DNA of 64,000 nt. It comes from an uncultured Gemmatimonadales bacterium (GTDB lineage Bacteria; Gemmatimonadota; Gemmatimonadetes; Gemmatimonadales; GWC2-71-9). A program made the translations under genes and the position numbers. The notes below the pieces were generated by a model, which was not told the origin of the DNA, made no database searches, and saw nothing but the letters and a program-made list of their open reading frames with translations. The stretch's first letter is position 1. Every line of letters starts with the position of its first letter. The stretch is from positions 160,001 through 224,000 of the forward strand of contig CAWCFX010000004.1 in NCBI GenBank assembly GCA_963795085.1, read 5' to 3'. This document shows, piece after piece, positions 28,346-37,924 of the stretch.

Positions 28346-30607
28346 GTGCTACGAAATCTGGCCCGCCTGCTGGTGCGCTGGCGCTGGCCACTGATTGCCA
28401 TCTGGGCCGTGCTGGGAGGGATTGGCGTCTCCCAGGCACCTCGAACCCAGCACCTGCTCAATCTTCGCGGGGGCAGCAAGTCCCCCACGGAGGCCTCCCA
28501 GGTAGATGACCTTCTCCGGGACCGGTTTGACCGGCCGCTGAGCGAGTTCCTCGTGGTCACCATTGAGTCCGGCACCCCGGTTTCCCGTCCCGAAACCGAG
28601 ACCCGGTTGTCGCGGCTGGGGGGTGGGCTTGCCTCGCTCCCCTACGTGCGGGAGGTCATCTCGTTCCAGTCGACCGGCGATTCCACCTTTCTGGGTCCCG
28701 ACGGTCGTTCCGCCTTCCTGCTGGTGGCGCTTCGGGTGCCCACGGCGGACAGTGCGGGGGGCCTGGTGACACCGCTGCGGAAGGAGATTCGGCAGCGACT
28801 TGCGGCGGATCAGGCCGCCGATTCGCTCCGGGTACGAGTCACGGGGCGGGCGGCGCTCGACCTCGACGTGCGCGCCGTGAGCGGCGAAGACAGCGTTCGC
28901 GGCGAACTGCTGGCCCTGCCACTAACCCTGATTATCCTGGTCTTTGCCTTCGGCGCGCTGGTGGCGGCGGCCCTGCCCCTGCTTATCGGCTTTCTGGCCA
29001 TCGCCTTGAGCCTGACCATCATCGGAGTCGCCGCCCGGTTTACTCCGATGTCGGTATTCGTGCTGAACCTCACGACGATGATCGGCCTGGGCGTCGGTAT
29101 CGATTACTCCCTGCTGATCGTGACCCGGTTCCGGGAAGAGCTCAACCGTGGCCTGCCCCGGATGAACGCGGCCATCCGCACCGTGTACACGGCCGGGGGG
29201 GCCGTGGTGACGTCAGGGCTGACGGTCATGGTAGGGTTTGGAGCCCTGCTCTTCACACCCCTGACCGAAACGAGAAGCGTGGGGCTGGGCGGACTGGTGG
29301 TGGTAAGCGTGGCGGTGGCCCTGTCGCTGACGCTGCTCCCGGCGCTGCTCGCGGTGCTGGGGCGGGGGATTGACGGTCCCCGGTGGATTGCCCGGCGGGT
29401 GGCATGGTACCATGCTCCGCGGGTCTGGGAAAAGTGGGCCCGCAGCCTGAATCGGCACCCGCGCCGGGCCCTGGCGCTGGGGGGGCTCGCCATCGGGATC
29501 CTGACGGCGCCGGTGTTCCTGATCAAGATCGGGCTGCCGGCCCACAACTGGTGGACACCGGGGACCGAGGCGGGCCAGGGCATTGCCGTGCTCGACTCGA
29601 TGGGAGTCGCCGGCATCATTACGCCCATCCGGGTACTCGTCGAAGCGCCGGAGGGCGAACGGGTGGTGGGCGCCGCCAACCTGCGCACGCTCAGGGCCCT
29701 GAGCGATTCATTCCGCGCCGATCCCCGGGTGCAGGATGTGCGCAGCGTAGTGGATCTCCGGGACAACCGCTCCATCCTGAGCTACTCCCTGCTGTACAGC
29801 GACATGAGCGCCGCCCGGGCCCAGTACCCCGAGTTCCTGGGCGCCTACCTGAGCGGGGACAGCCGGATCGCGCTGATGGACGTGCTCCTCGCCGACAGCA
29901 CCTCGCTCACGTCGGCCATGGACGTGGTGCGGCGGGTCAGGAGGCTGGGCATGGTGGTGCTTCCCGACTCCGGCGGAGCCACCCTCCGCACCGGGGGTTT
30001 CTTCGCGTCCAGCGTGGACCTCCAGTCCGACCTGTTGCGCCGGTTCCCGCTGGTCGCGCTGCTGATCGTCCTGACGACCGGCATCATGCTCGCCATCGCC
30101 TTCCGGTCGGTGCTGGTTCCGATCAAGGCCATCATCATGAACCTGCTGTCGGTCTGCGCAACCTTTGGGTTGATCGTGCTGGTCTTCCAGTATGGATGGG
30201 GCAGCGCCATCCTGGGCCTGGCCGGCCCAACCGAGGCCATTTACGTCGTGATCCCGGTGCTGGTGTTCGCCGTGGTCTTTGGGCTCAGCATGGACTACGA
30301 AGTCTTCCTGCTGACCCGGATCAAGGAGGCGTTTGACCGAACCGGACGGAACGACCAGGCGACCATGGAAGGCCTGAGCGCCACCGCCTCGGTCATCACC
30401 TCCGCCGCTCTCATCATGATCCTGGTGTTCGGCGTCTTCGCCTTTGCCCGGGTGCTGGCGATGCAGTTCCTGGGGTTTGGACTGGCGGTGGCGGTGCTGC
30501 TGGACGCGACGATCATCCGCATGGTGCTGGTGCCGGCGTTCATGCAGCTGGCCGGAGAGTGGAACTGGTGGCCAGGCCACCGGCGAGAAGGACGGGCGGG
30601 GAGCTAG
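28346..30607 (+). CDS. MMPL/RND family transporter
   Basis: GLGVGIDYSL, RFREEL, FGLSMDYEVFL, two TM bundles. Confidence 0.92.
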   Translation: MLRNLARLLVRWRWPLIAIWAVLGGIGVSQAPRTQHLLNLRGGSKSPTEASQVDDLLRDRFDRPLSEFLVVTIESGTPVSRPETETRLSRLGGGLASLPYVREVISFQSTGDSTFLGPDGRSAFLLVALRVPTADSAGGLVTPLRKEIRQRLAADQAADSLRVRVTGRAALDLDVRAVSGEDSVRGELLALPLTLIILVFAFGALVAAALPLLIGFLAIALSLTIIGVAARFTPMSVFVLNLTTMIGLGVGIDYSLLIVTRFREELNRGLPRMNAAIRTVYTAGGAVVTSGLTVMVGFGALLFTPLTETRSVGLGGLVVVSVAVALSLTLLPALLAVLGRGIDGPRWIARRVAWYHAPRVWEKWARSLNRHPRRALALGGLAIGILTAPVFLIKIGLPAHNWWTPGTEAGQGIAVLDSMGVAGIITPIRVLVEAPEGERVVGAANLRTLRALSDSFRADPRVQDVRSVVDLRDNRSILSYSLLYSDMSAARAQYPEFLGAYLSGDSRIALMDVLLADSTSLTSAMDVVRRVRRLGMVVLPDSGGATLRTGGFFASSVDLQSDLLRRFPLVALLIVLTTGIMLAIAFRSVLVPIKAIIMNLLSVCATFGLIVLVFQYGWGSAILGLAGPTEAIYVVIPVLVFAVVFGLSMDYEVFLLTRIKEAFDRTGRNDQATMEGLSATASVITSAALIMILVFGVFAFARVLAMQFLGFGLAVAVLLDATIIRMVLVPAFMQLAGEWNWWPGHRREGRAGS

Positions 30608-30619
30608 CCCGGGCGGCGG

Positions 30620-31009
30620 TCAACTGCAGTTGACGTCGCCCTCGACCGTGGCGGAGCCCACGGGGGTGGCGCTGCCGTGGAAGAGGTAGCACTGGCGCGG
30701 GGTCAGCGGATTGGAGATGGTGGCGGACCAGCCAGCCACCGTGGCTTCATTGATGGCCAGGACGTTGCCCGGCGAGAGGGTGACGTTGAGGGCAACCGGG
30801 TCCACGGAATACGCGGAGTTGGCGTAGTAGAAACCCTCCTGCGACGTGGCCAGGTTGCGCAGGTCGGACTGCATGGTGGCAACGATGGTCTTTTCCTTGT
30901 TGCCGGCCAGCCGGGGGAGGGCAAAGACCGCGAGCAGCCCGATAATCACCACCACGACGAGCAACTCGACAAAGGTGACTCCGCGGCGTGCTTGGCCTGG
31001 GGTCTTCAC
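30620..31009 (-). CDS. type IV pilin-like protein
   Basis: Prepilin motif G|VTFVELLVVVVIIGLL; SD AGGAGG upstream. Confidence 0.88.
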   Translation of the reverse strand: MKTPGQARRGVTFVELLVVVVIIGLLAVFALPRLAGNKEKTIVATMQSDLRNLATSQEGFYYANSAYSVDPVALNVTLSPGNVLAINEATVAGWSATISNPLTPRQCYLFHGSATPVGSATVEGDVNCS

Positions 31010-31018
31010 GGGTCCTCC

Positions 31019-33811
31019 TTAGTGTTTCGCATCCAGCCAGTTGGGCCCCACCCCGATATCCACCACCAGCGGCACCTTGAGTTCGACCGCGGTCTGCATG
31101 TGATGGCGGACCAGCTCGGTCAGGGCCGGCACCTCCGACGGAGGTGCCTCGAAGACCAGTTCGTCGTGGACCTGGAGCAGCATGCGCGCGTTGAGGCGCT
31201 GGCCCCGGATGGCCAGGTGGATATTGCGCATAGCGACCTTGATCAAATCGGCGGCCGACCCCTGGACCGGTGAATTGGCGGCCGTCCGCTCGCCAAAGGA
31301 TCGGACGTTGAAACTGCGGTCCCGGATCTCCGGAATGTAGCGCCGCCGCCCGAAGATCGTCTCGACGTAGCCCGCCTCCCGGGCCGTCTTGACCATCCGG
31401 TCGAGGTAGGCCCGGACCCCGGCGAACCGCTGAAAATACTGCGCAATAAACGCCCGTGCCTCATCCTGGCCGATCCCCAGTTGGCGGGCCAGTGCGAAGG
31501 GGCCCTGGCCGTAGATCGTGGCGAAATTAATGGTCTTCGCCTGGCTCCGCATTTCGGCGGTGACATTCTCCAGGGGCACTTCGAAAATGATGGCCGCCGT
31601 CTGGCGGTGAATGTCGCCTCCCTGCCGGAACGCCTGGATGAAGGCCGCGTCATCGGAGAGATGGGCGATAAGTCGCAGCTCCACCTGGGAATAGTCGGCC
31701 ACCAGGAAGACGCTGCCGGCGGCGGGTACGAACCCGCGGCGAATCTCCTCCCCCCGCGGTGTTCGGATGGGGATGTTCTGCAGGTTGGGATCGCTGGAGC
31801 TGAGCCGGCCGGTGGCCGCGCCGGTCTGGTTGAAGCTGGTATGGATCCGCCCGGTCACCCGATTGACCCGGGCCGGCAACACCTCGACGTAGGTGGACCG
31901 AAGTTTCTCCAGTTCCCGGTACTCCATGATGAGCCGGGGAACTTCGTGCCCCTGCTCGGCCAGCTGCTCCAGCACATCGGCATCGGTACTGGGGCCGGTC
32001 TTGGTCTTCTTGAGAATGGGCAGTTGGAGTTTGTCGAACAACAGCTGGGCCAGTTGCCGGGGAGAGTTCAGGTTCAAATCGCCCCCGGCAGCCGCGATGA
32101 TTCTCTGCTCCAGGGCCTGGAGATCGGCGCCCAGCTGGCGGGAGAGCGTGGCGAACACGTCTGCGTCGATGCCGATCCCGGCCCACTCCATGTCGACCAG
32201 GACGTTGACCAGGGGAATCTCGATATCCCGCAGCAGCGGCTCCAGCGCCTGGTCCCGGAGCGGCGCGGCGAATACCTGGTGCAACGCCAGAACGGTGGCG
32301 CTGCCAGCACAGCAGTAGGTCGCCGCGGCCTCGAGGCCCACCTCCGCGAAGGGGGTCTGCGATTTTCCTTTTCCGACCAGGTCGACCATGCCGGCCATGG
32401 GCCGGCCCAGGTGCTCAAGGCTCAGGGTGTCGAGCGCGTGCGAGCGGCGGCCGGGATCCAGAACAAAGCTGGCGAGCATGGCGTCCCACGCCACCCCCGC
32501 GAGCTCGACGCCCTCCCGCCGGAGCGCCTGCCAGTCGTACTTGAGATCGTGCCCCGCCTTCGCTGCCAGCGGGTCCTCCAGGAACTCGCGGAGCGGGGCC
32601 ATCCGTGGATCGGAAAGCGGAGGCAGGTTCGCGACCGGCGGGCCAACATCCATGATGTCCACCGGGCGCCGGTGGGCCAGCGGCAGATACCACATCGCTT
32701 CCTGGCTGGTCGCGAGGGACATGCTGACCAGGGTGGCGTCCCGCAAATCGTTGCCCGCCACCTGGGTGTCGAGCGCCACCAGGGGCGCGGTCCGGAGCCG
32801 GGCCACCAGCGCGGGGATATCGGCGGGATCGGAGACGATCGTCGCGGCGGCCGCCGGGGCCGGGGCCGGCTCGCCCAGTGCCAGGGGCCCGGGTGGCGAT
32901 GCCCCGGGCGCCTGCAGGCCCAGGCGGTTGGCCAGGGTATAGAACTCCAGCTCCGCCAGGATCCGGGCCAGCATGTCCCGATCCGGCTCTTTATCGACGA
33001 AAGTTTCCCAGGACGCCTGGAAGGGCACGTCGCACTGAATGGTGACCAGGCGCCGGGAGAGCCGGGCATTGTCAGCCTGGGCAAGCAGCGCTTCGCGGCT
33101 CCGCTTGGCCTTCACCTGGGCGGCGCCGGCCAGCAGGGTCTCGAGATCCCCGTATTCCTGGAGGAGGGCCACCGCCCCTTTCTCGCCGATGCCGCGCACC
33201 CCGGGGACGTTGTCCGAGCTATCGCCGACCAGGGCGAGATAATCCACCACCTGGCGCGGCTCGATCCCCAGCCGCTCGGCGGCGTTGCCGAGGTCCACCC
33301 ATTGCTCGTCCACGCCGGCCGGTCCGCCCCGGCCCGGGTTGAGCAGCGCCACACCGGGCCGGATCAACTGGTAGAAATCCTTGTCGCCCGAGACGATAAC
33401 CGAATGCCAGCCGCGCTCCGCCCCCTGCAGGGCCAGGGTCCCGATGACGTCGTCGGCTTCGTAGCCATCCACGGTCACGAGGGGAACCCGAAACGCCTGC
33501 AGCAACTGTTCGACCCGTTCTACAGCCCGGTCGAAATCTACCTGCAACTCGTCATCCAGCTTTTCGCGGGTGGACTTGTACTCGGGATACACCTCGGTAC
33601 GGAACGAGTCTCCGGCGTCGTTGATCCAGACCAGGAAATCGGGACGGTACTTCTCCCGCAGCCGGACCAGGAAGTTGGCCACTCCCCACGCGGCGGAAGT
33701 GTTTTCCCCCCGGGACGTGCGCAGCGGCCGCGACATCATGGCGAAGAAGGCCCGATAGATCAGCGCGTAGCCGTCGACCAGGAAGAACTGCGGCGGATTG
33801 TGGTGAGGCAT
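31019..33811 (-). CDS. polA: DNA polymerase I
   Basis: LVDGY, EADD, DYSQVELR, KTINF, QVHDEL; start trimmed to MPHHNPP. Confidence 0.97.
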   Translation of the reverse strand: MPHHNPPQFFLVDGYALIYRAFFAMMSRPLRTSRGENTSAAWGVANFLVRLREKYRPDFLVWINDAGDSFRTEVYPEYKSTREKLDDELQVDFDRAVERVEQLLQAFRVPLVTVDGYEADDVIGTLALQGAERGWHSVIVSGDKDFYQLIRPGVALLNPGRGGPAGVDEQWVDLGNAAERLGIEPRQVVDYLALVGDSSDNVPGVRGIGEKGAVALLQEYGDLETLLAGAAQVKAKRSREALLAQADNARLSRRLVTIQCDVPFQASWETFVDKEPDRDMLARILAELEFYTLANRLGLQAPGASPPGPLALGEPAPAPAAAATIVSDPADIPALVARLRTAPLVALDTQVAGNDLRDATLVSMSLATSQEAMWYLPLAHRRPVDIMDVGPPVANLPPLSDPRMAPLREFLEDPLAAKAGHDLKYDWQALRREGVELAGVAWDAMLASFVLDPGRRSHALDTLSLEHLGRPMAGMVDLVGKGKSQTPFAEVGLEAAATYCCAGSATVLALHQVFAAPLRDQALEPLLRDIEIPLVNVLVDMEWAGIGIDADVFATLSRQLGADLQALEQRIIAAAGGDLNLNSPRQLAQLLFDKLQLPILKKTKTGPSTDADVLEQLAEQGHEVPRLIMEYRELEKLRSTYVEVLPARVNRVTGRIHTSFNQTGAATGRLSSSDPNLQNIPIRTPRGEEIRRGFVPAAGSVFLVADYSQVELRLIAHLSDDAAFIQAFRQGGDIHRQTAAIIFEVPLENVTAEMRSQAKTINFATIYGQGPFALARQLGIGQDEARAFIAQYFQRFAGVRAYLDRMVKTAREAGYVETIFGRRRYIPEIRDRSFNVRSFGERTAANSPVQGSAADLIKVAMRNIHLAIRGQRLNARMLLQVHDELVFEAPPSEVPALTELVRHHMQTAVELKVPLVVDIGVGPNWLDAKH

Positions 33812-33836
33812 CTCTGAAAGTAAGGGGGCCGGACCC

Positions 33837-35186
33837 TCAGGAGCCCCGGCCCTGCCTCCTGCGGCGATCCGCGACCCGGTCAAACTCGGCGCGGGACCCG
33901 GTACTCAGCCGGTACCGGCTGAACCCGGTCTCGTCCACGAAGGTGAGCACCACGCGATCCTCCGTGTACACCCAGCGGATGACGCGGCCCTGGCTCATGG
34001 GGCTCGAATCGTAGATCTCGTCGGGTTCCCCGAGGACGATAAATACCTCGCCCCGGTCGGTGCGCCAGCCGGCGACGCCCTCGTCGCGGAATAGCTGGTT
34101 GGCCCTCGCCAGCCGGGAAAAATAGCGGTCGAGGGCCTCGTTCTCCGGGGTGGCACGGTTGGGATCGGTGGTGGTGTAAAACTGCCGCCAGAGCCGGGGA
34201 CGGTCCACCGGGTCGGCTTTCCCGAGGGTGTCGAGCAGGGCTTTCCGGTCGAAATAGCGAAGCAGGGTGATCATCTCTTCATAGTTGGTGACCACCCAGG
34301 CCGTCGAGAGTGAAACGATGGCCGACTTCTGCCGTACCGCGGGACCCTCACCGACCACCAGCCGGAGCTCACCCAGCGGGGCGCTGTCGGGGGTAAGCCG
34401 GATGACCTGGCCCTCGACGGCCCGGCCGCCGGCGAAGCGAAGCGAATCCTGGAACACGATGCTGTCGGCGGCGTCGTGAATCTGGAAGGGCACCGCCCTC
34501 GGCTCGGCGAAGTTGTAGCCCTCGACATAGGCCAGCAGGGTGTCGCTGCCGTAGGCCACGGTTCCCCGCGGGTTCATGACCAGGCTGAGCGCATCCTCCT
34601 GCCCAGCCCGGCCGGTAACTTCGTATGCCACCAGGGGCGCGGAGATGGTCCCGTCCGGAAACGCCGGGACCGTGGTCGTCGTGGTGACCTGCCCCTGCTG
34701 CGAGGAGGTCCGGTCCCGCACGGTCACCGTGAGCTTGTAGCCGCCGGGAAGCAGGTGGAAAAACTGCTGGAACAGCACGCTTTCGTCGTTGCGCAGTGTC
34801 TCCTGGAAGGTGTTGACCTGGACGACCTCGTCGCGGCTTACCCGGATGGGCGGCGCCCCGGTCGGCTCGAAAACCATTTCCACCCGATACCGCGCCACGA
34901 AGCGATTGTCTTCGCGCTGGAACGAAAGCACCCGGTTTTCGAGGGAGAGGCCGACGCCGGCGATGGTCGAGTCGCCCGGACCGGCGACGTACACCAGGTC
35001 CCCGATGAAGGAAACCGGGCCGGGGGCGACCAGCCGGCCCAGCCGCTGGTACACGGTCCCCATGTCCAGGACTTCGGTAATGGATCCTCCGGGGGCCGGG
35101 GCGTTCTCCGAACCCACCCGCTGCCAGCTGCCGCAGCCGAGGACGCCTGCCAGCACGACCATGCTCCATACCCGCTGATTTTTCAC
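33837..35186 (-). CDS. GWxTD domain-containing lipoprotein
   Basis: Lipobox VLG-C; GWRTDRGEVFIVLGEP. Confidence 0.88.
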   Translation of the reverse strand: MKNQRVWSMVVLAGVLGCGSWQRVGSENAPAPGGSITEVLDMGTVYQRLGRLVAPGPVSFIGDLVYVAGPGDSTIAGVGLSLENRVLSFQREDNRFVARYRVEMVFEPTGAPPIRVSRDEVVQVNTFQETLRNDESVLFQQFFHLLPGGYKLTVTVRDRTSSQQGQVTTTTTVPAFPDGTISAPLVAYEVTGRAGQEDALSLVMNPRGTVAYGSDTLLAYVEGYNFAEPRAVPFQIHDAADSIVFQDSLRFAGGRAVEGQVIRLTPDSAPLGELRLVVGEGPAVRQKSAIVSLSTAWVVTNYEEMITLLRYFDRKALLDTLGKADPVDRPRLWRQFYTTTDPNRATPENEALDRYFSRLARANQLFRDEGVAGWRTDRGEVFIVLGEPDEIYDSSPMSQGRVIRWVYTEDRVVLTFVDETGFSRYRLSTGSRAEFDRVADRRRRQGRGS

Positions 35187-35311
35187 GCTGCCCCCGATCT
35201 GCCTGTAGTACCACGCGTTACATTGGGGTCGAAGGTTAGCGGCCCCGGTTTGAAAGCGTCAAGTCGGGGAGTCTTGCTGGCGCCCGAGGGAGCGAGTACC
35301 TTGCCAACCCA

Positions 35312-36214
35312 ATGACGCAAGAGAGTCTGGTTGGACGCACAGTTGCCGGCTATCGCCTGCTCCAGCATGTAGGCGAGGGCGGCACGGCAGCGGTCTATCG
35401 CGCCGAGCACGCCGAACGCGGCCTGACGGCGCTGAAAGTGTTGCGTTCCCGCATGGGCCAGGACCCCGTCGCCGTCAAGCGATTCCTCAGGGAAGCCGAG
35501 TACGGCGCCCGGGTCAACCATCCCAACATCGTAAAGACCTACGAATTCGGAGAGACGGACGGGCTCTATTACCTGGCGCTGGAATGGGCCGAAGGAGAGC
35601 CATTGGCCACGTTCGCCACCCGCTCGGGCCAGCTGGCGCCAGAGGTGGTGGCAACGATCATTGAGCAGCTGGGCGGTGCCCTGGCGTCGGCGCACAAGGA
35701 AGGGATTATCCACCGCGACCTCAAGCCGGCCAATATCATGTACGACCCGGCGACCCAGAAGGTCCGGCTGCTGGACTTCGGCATCGCGCGGGATTCCGAA
35801 CTTCAGCCCGAAGAACGGCTTACCCGCACCGGCTTCTTCGTCGGCACCCTTCAGTACGTGGCCCCCGAAGCGTTGAGCGGTGAGTTGGTGAACGAGCAGG
35901 CTGACGTCTACAGCCTGGCGACAATCACCTATTACCTCCTGGTGGGGACCCTGCCCTACAACGGCCGGTCCCCGCGAGAGCTCTTCCAGCAGCTACTCTC
36001 CCAGCCTCCCATTCCGCTGAACCAGGCCAGGAAGGGCCTCCGCTTTTCCAACGACCTCGAGGCCGCGGTCATGAAAGGCCTGGAACGCGACAAGGCCAAG
36101 CGGTCCCAGACGGTGGAGGAGTTTGTCAGCGGAGTACTCACCGCGGTCCGGTCGGAAGGGGAGAAAAAAGGTGGAGGCCTGCTCGCTGGCCTTTTCCGCC
36201 GGAAACCTTCGTGA
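35312..36214 (+). CDS. Hanks-type Ser/Thr protein kinase (no TM segment)
   Basis: ALKVL, HRDLKPANI, DFG, GTLQYVAPE. Confidence 0.93.
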   Translation: MTQESLVGRTVAGYRLLQHVGEGGTAAVYRAEHAERGLTALKVLRSRMGQDPVAVKRFLREAEYGARVNHPNIVKTYEFGETDGLYYLALEWAEGEPLATFATRSGQLAPEVVATIIEQLGGALASAHKEGIIHRDLKPANIMYDPATQKVRLLDFGIARDSELQPEERLTRTGFFVGTLQYVAPEALSGELVNEQADVYSLATITYYLLVGTLPYNGRSPRELFQQLLSQPPIPLNQARKGLRFSNDLEAAVMKGLERDKAKRSQTVEEFVSGVLTAVRSEGEKKGGGLLAGLFRRKPS

Positions 36215-36762
36215 CTCCTTCCAGGGACCTCGTCGCTCTTCTCCTGGAGCGCTCGGTCCGGCACGGCGACTTCATCCTGGCCTCCGGTGCCCGTTCCTCT
36301 TACTACATCGACGCCCGCCTTACCACCATGTCGGCCCAGGGCCTGGCCCTGATCGGCGCTCTTGGTCTCGAGGCCATCCGTGCGGCGGGGTGGGCGCCCC
36401 GCGCCGTCGGCGGCCTGACCATGGGAGCCGATCCGGTCGCCTTCGCGATTGCCCGGGCCAGCCTTGGCCAGGGCGAGGTGGTGGAGGCGTTCAGCGTCCG
36501 CAAGGCGGTGAAGGAACACGGAACCGGCCGACGGATCGAAGGGAATTTTCAGGCCGGCGACAGCGTGGTCGTCGTCGAGGACGTCATCACCTCGGGCGGC
36601 TCGGCGCGTCTGGCCGCGGAAGCCGTGAGCGCCGAGGGTGGCAAAGTGCTCGGTATCCTGGCTGTCGTGGAGCGGGAGGCCGAGGGGCGACGAGCGCTGG
36701 AGGTACTGGGGTATCCTGTAGTAGCCCTTGCCACTGCTGCCGATCTAGGGTTGATCAAGTAA
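36211..36762 (+). CDS. pyrE: orotate phosphoribosyltransferase
   Basis: FILASG, YYID, RKAVKEHG, VEDVITSGGS. Confidence 0.93.
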   Translation: MTPSRDLVALLLERSVRHGDFILASGARSSYYIDARLTTMSAQGLALIGALGLEAIRAAGWAPRAVGGLTMGADPVAFAIARASLGQGEVVEAFSVRKAVKEHGTGRRIEGNFQAGDSVVVVEDVITSGGSARLAAEAVSAEGGKVLGILAVVEREAEGRRALEVLGYPVVALATAADLGLIK

Positions 36763-36777
36763 CGGCGCTGCAAAGCC

Positions 36778-37701
36778 TTAAAGCCCCTCCGGGGGCTTTT
36801 TCTTTTGGGGATCACCCCGTACTACAGGCGCTGGCTTTTCCGTCGTCCCATTCCCTGCTGCCAGGGGATGAAAACAGCGCAACGCCTCGAGGTACGGGGT
36901 GATCATGACGTCGAGAAACCGGCGCATAGCCATGGGGAACGGCAGCCGATGACGGAACTCCGTCGAGGTGATACCCATAATGGCACGGACGTGCCGGCCG
37001 AAACTCTGGGGCGAAGAGAATTCCAGCCGGTACGCGACATCGGCTATAGAGAGCCCCGGGCGTTCCAGCAGCACTGCCGCATGGAGCAGGCGTATCGCGG
37101 CCAGGTAGCTCTTGGGAGAGGGCAGGTGCGCCCGCCCGAAACGGGACATGAGGGTGCTGGGGCGAATCTGGAGCCGGGCAGCCAGTTTTCGGACAGTCAC
37201 GGTATCCGGGGCCAGTCGGACCATTGCTTCAAAGCAGAACCGGGTGTCCGGTGGGACGTCCCCCAAAACGTCAAATAGCTGGGCCTGGATCCGGGCGGAC
37301 GCGCGGGTGGCAGGGCCGGACACCAGGTCGCGCAGACGCTGCCAGCCACTGGGCGAGGTTACATCCACCACCTGACGGACCCCGGAGGCGCCGAGGCTCA
37401 GCAGGGTCTCAGTCGACCGGGGGTCATGGCGGGACACCAGCGCGACAGCCGGGATCTCGGGAAAGTCCCGGAGGAAATGGCTGAGGTCGTCCAGCTGGCC
37501 GGCCTGGCATCGGTGCACCGACACCAGGACTGCGTCCACCGGACGTTCCCGCACCACCCGGATGGCCTCAGGAATGGAGTCGCGGTGAACCAGGGAGAAG
37601 CACCCGGTCCCCGCCGCGTCCACGCTGACGCGCTCGCCGGGCAGCAGCACGGTGGCGATAGTATGCCCGGACACTCCCTGCTCAAACTGCGCGTAGTGCA
37701 T
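36778..37701 (-). CDS. AraC-family transcriptional regulator with a receiver-like N-terminus
   Basis: C-terminal SIADVAYRLEFSSPQSFGRH. Confidence 0.85.
   Translation of the reverse strand: MHYAQFEQGVSGHTIATVLLPGERVSVDAAGTGCFSLVHRDSIPEAIRVVRERPVDAVLVSVHRCQAGQLDDLSHFLRDFPEIPAVALVSRHDPRSTETLLSLGASGVRQVVDVTSPSGWQRLRDLVSGPATRASARIQAQLFDVLGDVPPDTRFCFEAMVRLAPDTVTVRKLAARLQIRPSTLMSRFGRAHLPSPKSYLAAIRLLHAAVLLERPGLSIADVAYRLEFSSPQSFGRHVRAIMGITSTEFRHRLPFPMAMRRFLDVMITPYLEALRCFHPLAAGNGTTEKPAPVVRGDPQKKKPPEGL
36779..36806. terminator. probable bidirectional terminator between pyrE and the AraC gene
   Basis: AAAGCCCC-TCC-GGGGGCTTT hairpin followed by a T-rich run. Confidence 0.6.
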
Positions 37702-37924
37702 GATCTGGAATGGGTGAGAATACCCCGGCTACTTACAGACCGCCCATCAACCGGGGCTCAAATCATTACGGGAACGCCAAAATGCAGGCTCGCTCATCGG
37801 GCAACCCTTTCCCCGTTCATGGCATCTATCATCCAGGGGCCTGTTCCCTGTCCAACCTGTGTATTCGTATTAACTTGAGAGACCCGCCACCACCGCCCGG
37901 TGGTGCCTAAAAAGGGATCCACCC

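Noticed and set aside
31481..33817. 778-aa plus-strand ORF, and similar long ORFs at 14579-17087, 17728-19197, 39188-40861, 51008-52504 and 60066-61778
   Set aside because: Antisense shadows of well-supported genes (polA, suf genes, kinase, yidC, mutS); expected in high-GC DNA and lacking motifs.
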